Shown piece after piece: positions 40,141 to 57,251 of a stretch of DNA of 64,000 nucleotides; position 1 is the first letter of the stretch, and every line of letters begins with the position of its first letter. The stretch comes from the human T2T-CHM13v2.0 reference genome, Homo sapiens, in assembly GCF_009914755.1 (NCBI RefSeq), contig NC_060925.1. One strand, given 5' to 3'. The position numbers were made by a program, and so were the translations under genes. The notes below the pieces were generated by a model. It made no database searches and was not told where the DNA came from. It saw nothing but the letters and a program-made list of their open reading frames with translations.

Positions 40141-41384
40141 TGCTAGATTTAGACTATAGCAATCTAGCAAGTGTGGCCACACAATGGTCAAGTTGGATTT
40201 AGATGATGTTCCCTATAAATCCATTCTCCTCTCCCGTGTAAGCAAGGCAAAGTACTCCAGGCCATGGGGAGTCCCTGAAGACTCGATGAACTGCAGTGGC
40301 CACATCAGGAGGTTGCAGGTTGACCAGAACTCGCCGACACAGCAGGAGAGCAGCTTGGAACCTGCAACCTAGCCAAAACCTAGTGCCTTGGACTGGGGGA
40401 GAAAACAGGCAGCCATTCCTCTCTCTCTGCTGGCTAGAGGGGATTCTGGCTTTTCCTGCCAGAGCCACCCCTTTCCCTCCTCCTAAAGTTGATGGTGGTT
40501 CTTTAAGGAAAGGGAGAAGTGCACGGTGTGATAGGGCAGGAAGAGAAGAAAATGGAGGAGAGGAGGGGACTTTCCCATAAGCAGGCAGAAGAAAAGGCAG
40601 CTGTGGTGTGTGATGGACATGGATGTAGTGGTGTCCAATGTGGGGTCAGCCCTAGAGGAGAGACAGAGAGAGAGACAGAAAAGTGAGAGTCCTGACCCTT
40701 ACGATTAACATGGGATCTGCCTGCAAATGCTGTTTAGGGCCATCGCCTCTTCCTGTACTGCTATTTTTGAGAGTGATGCTCCTGAGCCCCATGACCCAGT
40801 CAAATTTGATGTCCCCTCGAGCCAGATTCAGTGCTGGGAGTCCAGTGTGATCTGCCTGGATCTTGCTGCATTGAGAACAGGCCAGATCTTGACCCCAATA
40901 CAGGGGCTGGATATGAACAGGCAACAGCTGGGTTTCTGAGTCAGAAAGACTTGGTTAATTGCTAATTGCTTAGGCGAGTAATTTAATTTTGTTGAGTCAG
41001 ATTCTTCAGCTACAAAATGCAGATGACAGTACTTATTCCTCCAGGTTGTGGGGAAAATGGAGATTCTAAGCACGATGTCCATTTCACAGAAAGCTACCAA
41101 ATTGGTGGCTTATTTTCCTTTCTACCTTCAGAAGTGGCTATCCCTGCCACCCAAACAGACCCTTGACTCTCAAGTGGACGGGGTCCCATTTGCACAGGGG
41201 GAGACCTTACAGCCTACGTTGAGTCTATACTTACCACTTAGTGAGCATTGTGTCTGCTCAGGGGCCTCTGTGGGCATCCGTCTCCTCTGCAGCATCTTTC
41301 CTCCCCACTGCTGGGTCTGCACATGACCCCCTCCTTGGGTTAGGCCTCTGATCAGTGATGACCTTGGTATGGTGGTGATGGTCA

Positions 41385-41621
41385 GTCTTGGCATCAAATG
41401 AGCCAGTTTATATCATCAGCTATTCAATAAAATACTAATCTAGGTGTCACCGTGAAAGTATTTTGTGACATTGTTATGTACGTGTTGTTACAAATGTGCA
41501 TGATGCATTTACTACAGCATAGAATTTTGCCTGGGTGCCAGCGTGAAGTCTGTCCGACAGATCATAGCCATGTTAATCCCACAGTCACGGGGGCCAATTG
41601 ATTAAATTATTTTATCTCCCT
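41385..41621 (+). mobile_element. MLT2 (ERVL) LTR fragment
   Basis: actaatctaggtgtcaccgtgaaagtattttgtga and cccacagtcacgggggccaatt; its (CA)n tail appears to resume at ~42560 after the MER4 insert. Confidence 0.65.
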
Positions 41622-42551
41622 TGAAAACTAAAAATAAAATCCTAAGCCCCCCACCCGACTTAACAGACCCCCTGTTGGCCAACGGAACCTCAAATAAATC
41701 TTAAAATTCAGTTCTTGGCCATGACAGGACAGGAGGTCAGACATACCTCCCTGTACCTCCCTCCCTCTTATGGCTTAGACCCAACAACTGAACAGCATTA
41801 ATGTTAAAATAGAGATCATGAGACTGACAGAACAGACTCTTTGTGGCAATAAGACCTCAAATTATAAACAGGACCTAGGGCCATGCCAGGCGAGCGTTAA
41901 GTCTTGTACCCTACTCTTAAAGAATTAACTAGATTCTAACTACCACATGGGTTTTATTTTTCTCTAGCAACCAAGCAAGCACTGGCTGTGAGAGAAGCAA
42001 GATTAAAACAATTACAACTCACCCAGTTCACAGACGCTGAGTAACTGATCTCCTGCCCCACTAACCTTAATGACAGCTTTCTCTGGACAAGGGACTGATT
42101 TCAGTAACTTTCTCCTGATAAGAGACCATCCTCCATGGACTCGTTCTGGCCAGTTTTGGAGGCAGTGCCTTTACAGAGGCTGAGTACCTTCATGTCCCTG
42201 CTTCACTTTTTGATGTGTAGGGCCTAATTATAATACATTTAAATGTCAAGTCTCCACCCCAGAATGAACATGCATGTTTATTGAATGTGCATGCATTAGG
42301 ACCTCTTTTATGAGTATTCTCATAAAATGATATAGCTCCTCTGATATCCTATTGAGTATGTATATGTAGCCAACTCATTTGGCTCAAATTCCTGTCCTCT
42401 CCTTCCCTCCCTGGAAATGCCTGCCTCTGGCCTTGGCTGTAGGCCACACTTCCCAGCCTGTCATAATGGCCACCTTGCAGACTGCAAACCTATATAAGAA
42501 ATAAAGCTCTCCTTTCTAAATTTATAAAATTGTGTGATTTTTCAGTTGATG
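41622..42551 (+). mobile_element. MER4 (MER4D-like) ERV1 solo LTR
   Basis: aaaataaaatcctaagcccccca...cagcattaatgttaaaatagagatcatgagactgacagaacagactctttgtggcaataaga...aaataaagctctcct. Confidence 0.85.
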
Positions 42552-42579
42552 CTCTCTTTCTACACACACACACACACGC

Positions 42580-43850
42580 AATTTATACAGAAGGAAATCT
42601 GGAGAATATATGTGGGAATGGATATTAAGTGTGTGGCACCATGGTGGAAGTAACATAAAGTTGGATTAGGCTAAATTTATTAATGTTGGCCCACTAAACA
42701 GAGATTCTGGACTCAGGGTTGTAGGTCAAAGCTTTAGAAAGGGCTCCAAGGGTTGGTTTGATCGGTTACTTGGTTGGTTGCTTGCTTGGTTGGTTGGTGC
42801 TTGCTTCCTTGCTTGGTTGTTTGGTTGGTTTGTTGCTTGCTTGCTTGTTGGTTGATTGGTTGGCTGTTTGCTTATTTGTTTGGTGACTTGGTTGGTTGGC
42901 TGAAACAGAATCAGAGTTTACCTAAGGTACATAAAGTTGAGATGCCACAACTTCCTTGGTTTATGTGTACAGAAAGGTATGCAAAAACTCAGGGAGACTG
43001 GATTTATTATGTCAGACCTGCTCACTCACACTGGAGGGTCTACGGAACATACTCCTCACAACGATCATGAGAAAGAATATTGTGAGAGGAGCCCAGTATC
43101 CTGGAAGAGCTTTGAGCTTGTGCTCTCAGTAGGCAAAATGTTACAGCAGGAACTGCAGCCACTGGACTGGGATCTTTAAGTAAAATGAGGATAATTGAAT
43201 CCTGGGGTGGCAGGGAACATGGGCTGTCCTTAATCACCAAAGATGAGGTGGGTGTGGTCACCACAGTGGAAAGCAGTGTCAAAGCAGCAGTCAGAATGGC
43301 TTGACTCACAGACACCCACGGCATTGTGTAGTCCACGGTATCCACAGGGAGAGCTAATGGGCTGTACCAAAGTCTTAGTTGTTCTTTAAAAAATGAAGAA
43401 TTCTAGGTCAACTGAATAAAAGACTAACTCAAATTAATGAAACACAGATCTAAAACCCTCAATCAATTCCCAGACTTGAGCCAGTTCACAGGCCCACAAC
43501 CCCTTAAGTGAAGGGGAGGCTGGGTGATCTTGGGGAAGTACGCTGCTACATTGCCAAAAATTTACATTGTTAATCTTTTTCCCAGTCTTCCCCAAAGGGA
43601 CCTACAGCCTTCTGCCAGGATGACTGTGACTTAAAGAAAAGAAAATTCTCAGATATTTGGGGAATTACTGGACACTGGCTCTCATTTGACACTATTATCA
43701 CTATGTTGCCTAGGATGGATTCATGCTCCTGGGTTCAAGCAGTCCTCCTACCTCAGCCTCCCAAAGTGCTGGGATTACAGACATGAGCCACTGTGGCCAG
43801 CAGAGCTTTGAAACTAGAACATGGAGGTCCAGTGGTAAAGATTTGACAAG
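42580..43850 (+). mobile_element. ERVL internal gag-pro relic
   Basis: ggagaatatatgtgggaatggatatta (GEYMWEWIL), gagatgccacaacttccttgg (EMPQLPW), ttactggacactggctct (LLDTGS protease motif); disrupted frame. Confidence 0.85.
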
Positions 43851-43885
43851 TCTGGGAAGAGATTGGGCCAAGGCAATGTTGATGA

Positions 43886-44512
<627 letters not shown>

Positions 44513-44880
44513 AATGTTGATGATTCTAAACAGCAGCCGCTAATGTGAAAACCATCCAACTGGAAGCCCTGGCCTTGCCCAGAGGACACAGTCTGGGTGG
44601 TGGGCAGAGACTTCAGCTGCCTTCCAAGGCAAGCAGCTCCTTGCTGCCCGCTTGCTGGGGATTTTACTTACAGGGCAGAAGCTGGCAGGTGATTTGGGGG
44701 CAGGAATTGCTTCCTGGATGGTATAGGATGAACCACACTCCCCAGGAAGGCACTCATCCTGGTGGCCTAACAGAAGCAGCCCTCACCCCAAAAGGCAATG
44801 CTGCTCCACTAGTTTTATGGGGTGACTCCTTCCTGTAGGTTCCTTCCAGCTTTACCAGAAACACAGAACATCTTTCCTGA

Positions 44881-45638
<758 letters not shown>

Positions 45639-45687
45639 CAGGTTATTTTTGCTGATCTTCTCCCTCCTCCCACCCTCCACCCTCAAA

Positions 45688-46548
45688 GAAAATGCGGTAC
45701 ATCTACACCATGGACTACTACGCAACCCTGAAAAGGAACAAAATCATGGTTTTTTTTTTTTGTTTTTTGTTTTTTTTTTTTGCAGCAACATGGATGTAGC
45801 TGGAGGCCATTATTTTTTTTAATTATTTTTATTATTTTTTCTATTCTACTTTAAGTTCTGGGGTATATGTGCAGAATGTGCAGGATTGTTACATAGATAT
45901 ACATGTGCCATAGCGGTTTGCTGCACCCATCAACCCATCATCTACATTAGATATTTCTCATAATGCTGTCCCTCCCCCAGTCCCCCACCCCTGCAATAGG
46001 CCCCAGTGTGTGATGTTCCCCTCTCTGGGTCGATGTGTTCTCATTGTTCACTTCCCACTTATGAGTGAGAACATGCACTGTTTGGTTTTCTGCTCCTGTG
46101 TCACTTTGCTGAACATGAGGGTTTCCAGCTTCATCCATGTCCCTGCAAAGGACATGAACTCATCTTTTTCATGGCTGCATAGTATTCCACAGTGTCTATG
46201 TGCTACATTTTCTTTATCCAGTCTATCACTGATGAGCATTTGGGTTGGTTCCACATCTTTGCTATTGTGAACAGTGTGGAGGCCATTATCTTAAGTAAAT
46301 TAACAGAATGCTGCGTGTTCTCACTTATAAGTGGGAGCTAAATGTTGCGTATATGTAGACACAGAGAAGGGAACAGATATTGGGGTCTAGTTAGGGGGAG
46401 AGAGGAAGGTAGAAGGACAAGAGTTGAAAAAACCAACTGTGGGGTATTATGCTCACTACCTGGGTGATGGGATCACTCATACCCCAGACCTCAGCATCAC
46501 ACATTGTACCCATGTAAGAAACCTGTACATGTACCTCCCGAATCCAAA
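45688..46548 (+). mobile_element. L1PB/L1PA-type 3' end (+) containing a nested antisense L1PA (45814-46276)
   Basis: Nested element has TSD tggaggccattat at 45801-45813 and 46277-46289. Confidence 0.85.
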
Positions 46549-46554
46549 CTGCTC

Positions 46555-48763
<2,209 letters not shown>

Positions 48764-49321
48764 GTGACTTTGTCATTCGCAGGGAAATGTGAATGACATT
48801 CACTCTGCCTCTCAGGCCCTTGGATTCCCAAAGTTTGTTTTCATCACGCCCAGGGGACACTCAGAATCTCGTTTGCAGAACACGGGTTGTTTTTCTTAGA
48901 AACGCCTTGCAAAACAAAATAGGAAGCAAAATCTTTCTCACTCCTTCCACTCCATAATAGACAAAATAAAATGAGGGGGCAGGAATCCAGAGACTTTGAC
49001 CACAGTTGGCAGATTTATTGTGGTACAGACATGAAGGCAAGCAGTGTTCTCTCTGATTCTACGAACCGTACAGCCCGGGCCAGCTGCCTTCTGCTTTCTG
49101 GATGGTGCAGGCGTGAGCTCCAAGCCCAAATTTCACTGGAGCTCCAAGAATCGAGCCTGGCCCAGGCACTCACTGCACGGGGGCCAAGCGTGAAGCCAGT
49201 GATCACTCCAGCAAGGTAACAGGACAGCTTGGTGATCCTTCTTGCCGGCCACAAAAGGTTATAGCCAGAATTCCACCGAATGTGGTCTTTCTGTGTCCCT
49301 CCCCAGACAGTGAAGCTGCAC

Positions 49322-50055
49322 AAACCTGGGGGTGGGGGGTGGGGGGTGCTGACCTCAGTGGGGTGTCCTGAAGAGGCAGGAACCAGGGTTTACAGGGTGC
49401 AGATCCTACTGAAGCAAATGGACGTGGCATCCGCGGGCAGAGCTGGCTGTGGTGTCCCCCCTCTGCCTACGGTGTCACCAAATGTACCCAGAGACCGCTT
49501 GTAAACCTGGAGGGTGTGCTAACATCAGTGGGGTGTCCTGGAGAGGCAGGAACCTGGGTATCCACGGTGCAGATCCGACTGAAGCAAATGGACGTGGCAT
49601 CCGCGGGCAGAGCTGGCTGTGGCATCCCCCCTTCTGCCTGGGGTGTCACCACATTTCACTGAGAGACCCCTTCTAAACCTGGGGAGAGTGCTGACCTCAG
49701 TGGGGTGTCCTGGAGAAGCAGGAACCAGGGTTTACAGGATGCAGATCCTACTGAAGCAAATGGACGTGGCATCCGCGGGCAGAGCTGGCTGTGGCTGGCC
49801 TTCCAGCCTGGATGTCTCCCCCCCACCTGGGGTGTCACCAGATGCACCCAGAGACCCCTTCTAAACCTGGGGGGATGTGCTGACCTCAGTGGGGTTTCCT
49901 GGAGAGGCAGGAAGCTGGGTTTCCAGGGTACATATCCTACTGAAGCAAATGGACGTGGCATCCTTGGGCAGAGCTGGCTGTGTCTGGCCTTCCAGCCTGG
50001 ACGTCTCCCCCACTGCCTGGGGTGTCACCAAATGCACCCAGAGACCTCTCTTCTG
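49322..50055. repeat. ~172-190-bp GC-rich tandem repeat, 4 copies
   Basis: Units start with aaacctgg at 49322, 49503, 49675, 49863; invariant actgaagcaaatggacgtggcatcc. Confidence 0.95.
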
Positions 50056-50434
50056 AAAGCCCATTCATGGGAAGCCTCCAGGTCTCCTCAGCAGGCAGCA
50101 TCACGTCTGATTTAACTGCGTTATCAGGTAATGCAGGCCTGTTCTACCTGTGTGCGTGAGCGCATGTGTGCCGTGTGGGAGTGTGTGTGTTGATGTGGGT
50201 GTGGGTGTGTGCTTGTGTGGCTGTGTGTGTGTGTGCCTGTTTATGTGATGATGAGTGTGTCTGTGAGTCTGTAAGACAATGTGTGTTTCCATGCGTGTTT
50301 CTGTGTGAGCGTGCATTCCTGTGTTTTATGGAAGTGTGTTTTTGTGATGGTGTTTTTGTGTGCCCCTGCGTTTATCGTATTTGTCTGTTTGTGAATATGA
50401 GTGTATGTGTGTGAATCTGTATGGCAATGTATAA

Positions 50435-50896
<462 letters not shown>

Positions 50897-53799
50897 CCAG
50901 TGTGTGAATTTTTATGTTTGTGTGTCCACATGATTATGTGAGTCTTTTTGTGACTGTGTTTCCATGAGTGTGTGACTGTATTTATGTGTTTGTGTGTGCT
51001 TGTGTGATTCTGAGTGTGTGTATGAGTGTGTATGACATATATGAGTGTCTATGTGGGTGAGTAGCCATCCACGTGTTTATATGAGAGTGTTTGCATGTTT
51101 CTGTTTATGAGTGACTTTGTATGTATACGTGTTTGTGTGCTTTGTGAGAATGTCAATGTGCATGTGCACCCACGTGTGCAAAAAACCCACACATTTTTGT
51201 AATTGTGTTTGTGTGTCCCTGCATTTGTGTGAGTGTGCATGTCTTCGTGTGTCCATGTGTTTCTATGAGTGTGTTTTGTGATTCTTTGTGTTGATGTGTG
51301 TTTGTGTAAGTGTGTGGTTGCATTTGTGTCAGTGATTCTGGAGCAGGTGAGCTGATCACAAGTCTGAGCCGAGAATCCATGGAGCTCATTTACAACAGAA
51401 GCCGGGACCCTGTGCAAATCCTTCTGAAATATCCCCGGTTTACAGAGCTCCTAGGGGTGGGGAAGAAAAATTCCCTGACTTTTCGGCCTCAGGGAAAGAG
51501 AGAGATACCCCGCTGGCCATACGCCTCTGCTGTTTCTCAGAAAACAGGTGGGGTATCACTCTTTCCCAAATGACGGTGATTTTAAGAACGGTTCACCTTT
51601 TGAAGAGACGTTTCTGCCCTGGCGATCCATACATATTGAACCCAAATGAATATTTTTTAATTAAAAATTTTTATATAAATATACATTGTGCATACTTTAT
51701 ATTAATATATTGATATAAATAAATATATTTTATTAATATAAACATGATTTTTATAGTTCATATAAATAAAGTTATATATAGTGTATATGTAAAATATACT
51801 TTTATTTGTGATACATAATTTTATAGATTAAATTTTATATACTAAGCAAAGTTATATGTGATATATACATGCCATATAACATCATTTATATAATATATCT
51901 TTATGTAAATAAGTATATAATAAAATTGATCTTATTATATTTGTTAATACGTAATTATGTATATATACTATGTAAAAATAAAATTATATATTGTATGTGC
52001 ATAATTATATTTCTATAAATACACGCTTATGTGTGTATTTATACATGAATGCCTGTGTTTGTGTGAGTACATCAGTGAGTGCATGAATGTGTGTGTGTGC
52101 ATGTGTGCCTGTGTTTGTGTGAGTGTAAGAGTGTTGTACATTTATACACACACATTTTGTTTTCTGGTTAATAACAAGATCTATCTTTGATTTAGGATAT
52201 GAAGAATTCTTATAAGCAACCCCCCCACACAAAATTTGTATTTATTTTAAAATATTCTTAAAATATGGGTTATTTTATTTTTGCACAAACAGACAAGAGT
52301 GTTTTTTCTTTCCAAAACTTTTATTTCAAATTCTGACCCTGAGGAGCAGAAAAAGAAGAAAACATTGTGTAACCTTATATACATTAGAAACATAAGTAGT
52401 TACTAAATGCAATACAAATTTTGACAACATGCATTTAGGAAAAATGAGGAATTCATACTCGTAGCTGCCTCAATATTGAACTTTCTAAAGTTTAATTTTT
52501 TTTATTAAAAAATATTCATTTGGGTTCAATATGTATGGATCTCCAGGGCAGAAATGTCTCTCCAAAAAGTGAACCACTCTGAAAATCACCGTCATTTGGG
52601 AAAGGGTGATGCCCCAGCTGTCTTCTGAAAAATAGCAGAGGCTTCCGGCCAGTGGGGTGTCTCTCTCTTTCCCTGAGGCCGAAATGTCAGGGAATTTTTC
52701 TTCCCCACCCCTAGGAGCCCAGTAAATGGAGAATATTTCAGAAGGATTTGCACAGGGTCCTGGCTTCTGCTATTTATGAGCTCCATGGATTCTTGGCTCA
52801 GGCTTGTGATCAGCTCACCTGCTCCAGAATCACTTCCCATCTTAGCTTCTGGGCTAAGACACCTCAAAACCAGCAAAGGAAAGTCCTCACTGGTCAACGC
52901 GTCCATCCCAACTCCCCCATCTCCCTTTAGGGTGGGTTTGGGGTTCGGGACTGCTTTACTGTTCCTTTCAAAGCAGACTGGGAGGTAAGATTTTATTCTG
53001 CTTCCAGAGGTTCAGGATTTCTGCAGACGGTCAGCAACTCTTTGCATCCTACTGGTAAAAGTTTTATATACTTTGTATTTATATAAATATGCATTGTGTA
53101 TATTTTATATGAATAGATTGATACAAATTATTTTATTAACTTAACCATATGACTTTTATATTTTTATATAAATAAAGTTATATGTAGTGTATATGTAAAA
53201 TACTTCTATTTCTAATACATAATTTTATAGATTAAATTTAATATATTAAGCAAAAATATATGTAACATATATAACATATAACATCATTTATATAATATAT
53301 AACTTAATGTAAATAAGTATATAAAATTGATATTATTATATTTGTTAATACATAATTATGCATATATACTGTGTAAAAATAAAATTACATATTGCATATG
53401 CATCATTATATTTCTATAAATACAATTATATACTATATATAATTATGTATAATTGTATAATAAAATTATATAATAAATTTTGAAACGTTATAAATTATTA
53501 TACATAGTATTTTATTGTATTAAATTTAGAAATGTGTTATATGTAATAAAATTTTATTATAATAAATGTAGATTATATAAAATTTTATTTATAATAAATT
53601 ACCTTATGTATAATTATAATATGAGAAAATAATTATATATCATTGTATTATAATAAATTTAGAAATGTTATACATTATTATATATAAAATTTCATTATAT
53701 TAAATTTAGAAATATATGTAATAAAATGGTATTATATTAAAATTTTTATGTAACATTTTATTATACATGTATAATTTTATATAATATTTTATAATATAT

Positions 53800-55433
<1,634 letters not shown>

Positions 55434-55869
55434 GCAGTCTCCGCAGGAAGCATGGTGCAGGTGGGATCTGGAGGTGACTCTGGGCTGCCAGAAGACGCCC
55501 CACTGCTTTGCGGCAGACACAGGTGGAGAGGTCCTCTCTGTAGCTTCAGCGTGGACACTGTGTGTGTCTTGCTGTGGGAACACTTCTTTCTGCTTCCCTC
55601 TCCACTGTGACCCCATCACACTCACTGACCTGCCCTCCTCCTTCCTCTCGCTCTCCGGGGCCCCTGTGGAAAGAGGGTCTTCCCTCCGTGCAGCAGGAAC
55701 CCCCAGGACCATCCCCATGCTCCTGGGTTCTGAACTTCAGGGACATATGATCCTACCTGACCGGGCACAGGCTCTGTTCACCCTCAGGAACCCCTGTCCT
55801 CCCAGGCCACCGTGGACTGGAGAACTGGCCTCCTGAAAATCCAGAGAGAACTTAGCACTCACAACTTCT

Positions 55870-56149
55870 TTCTTTTTTTCTTTTTTCTTTGAGACGGGAT
55901 CTTGCTCTTTTCCCCAGGCTGGAGTGCAATGGCATGATCTCAGCTCACTGCAACCTCCTCCTCCCAGGTTCAAGCAGTTCATCCTGCCTCTGTCTCCCGA
56001 GTATCTGGGATCACAGTCATCCACCCCCGCGGCCAACTAATTTCTGTATTTTTAGTAGAGACGGGGTTTCACCATGTTGGCCAGGCTGGTCTCGAACTCT
56101 TGACCTCAAGTGATCCACCTGCCTCGGCCTCCCAAAGTACTGGGATGAC
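55870..56149 (-). mobile_element. AluS, 5'-truncated
   Basis: Antisense Alu ending at tgggatgac. Confidence 0.9.
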
Positions 56150-56654
56150 ATATATTAGCATGATGTATATTCTTCTATTCCTCCGGGGACTCACTGTCTT
56201 CTTGGGCAGTAAACCACTGTGCCCGGACTTCTCTGTCCACATCTGCACACCTCTAAAACTCTGTAGATTCTGAATTGTTTTTCCTTTTGCACAGAATGAG
56301 AGGAACTGAAGTCGGGAGGCCCAGCCCCAACACGGTCCCTGTGGCTCTGTGCTCAGGCGGTTTACGGCTGAGAAGGACTTGGGGGGTTGAGGGCTTCCTA
56401 TCAGCCCAGGAGACATTACCCGGGTCTGGGAAGCCTGCTCTGCATTTGTGGGTCTCGAATTGTCTGTTGCATTTACCTGCCTCATTATTTTTTCTTCCTG
56501 TCTCTCTTCTTACATATTTCTTTCGAATTTGGAGCTTGTTTTTCTTAACTACAATCAACTTGAATCATTACTGCATATATAAATATAAATTTTATATTGA
56601 GTAGACATTATATACTCAATCTACTACACATTCCAACACGGGCCATATCTAAGA

Positions 56655-57251
56655 CGAATATTTATATTTAATGTTTAAAATATGTTTACATTTCATACAG
56701 AAAAATATATTTATATTTAATATATATGTGTATATTTAATACAGGAAATATATATTTATATTTAACATATAAAAATATATGTTTATATTTAATATGGGAA
56801 ATATATGTTTATGTTTAATATACATAATACATGTTGATGTTTAATATAGAAAATGTATAGTTATATTTACTATGCAAAATACATGTTTATATTTAATATA
56901 GAAAATATGTTTATATTTAATGTACAGGATACATATTTATATTTAATATAGAAAATACATATTTATATTTAACATATACAGTATTTATATTTAATGTATA
57001 AAATATGTTTACATTTAATGTGCTGAATATATGCTTATATTTAATGTCTAAAATGTCTATATTTAATGTATTGTATACATTAAATGTACCAAATGTATTC
57101 TTATATTTAATGTATAAAAGATGTTTATATTTAACATATAAGATATGTTTACATTTAATGTATAAAATGTTTATGTTTGATGTATAAAAGATGTTTATAT
57201 TTAACGTATACAATTTATATTTAATGTACCAAATATATTATTATATTTAAT
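56655..57251. repeat. AT-rich ~22-24-bp minisatellite (atatgtttatatttaatatagaaa-like)
   Basis: Recurrent tttatatttaa core. Confidence 0.9.

Noticed and set aside
51310-52906. Same ~80-codon frame open in both arms of the inverted repeat
   Set aside because: About 15 of 80 residues differ, many non-conservatively, and the starts differ; consistent with neutral drift. A dN/dS test would settle it.
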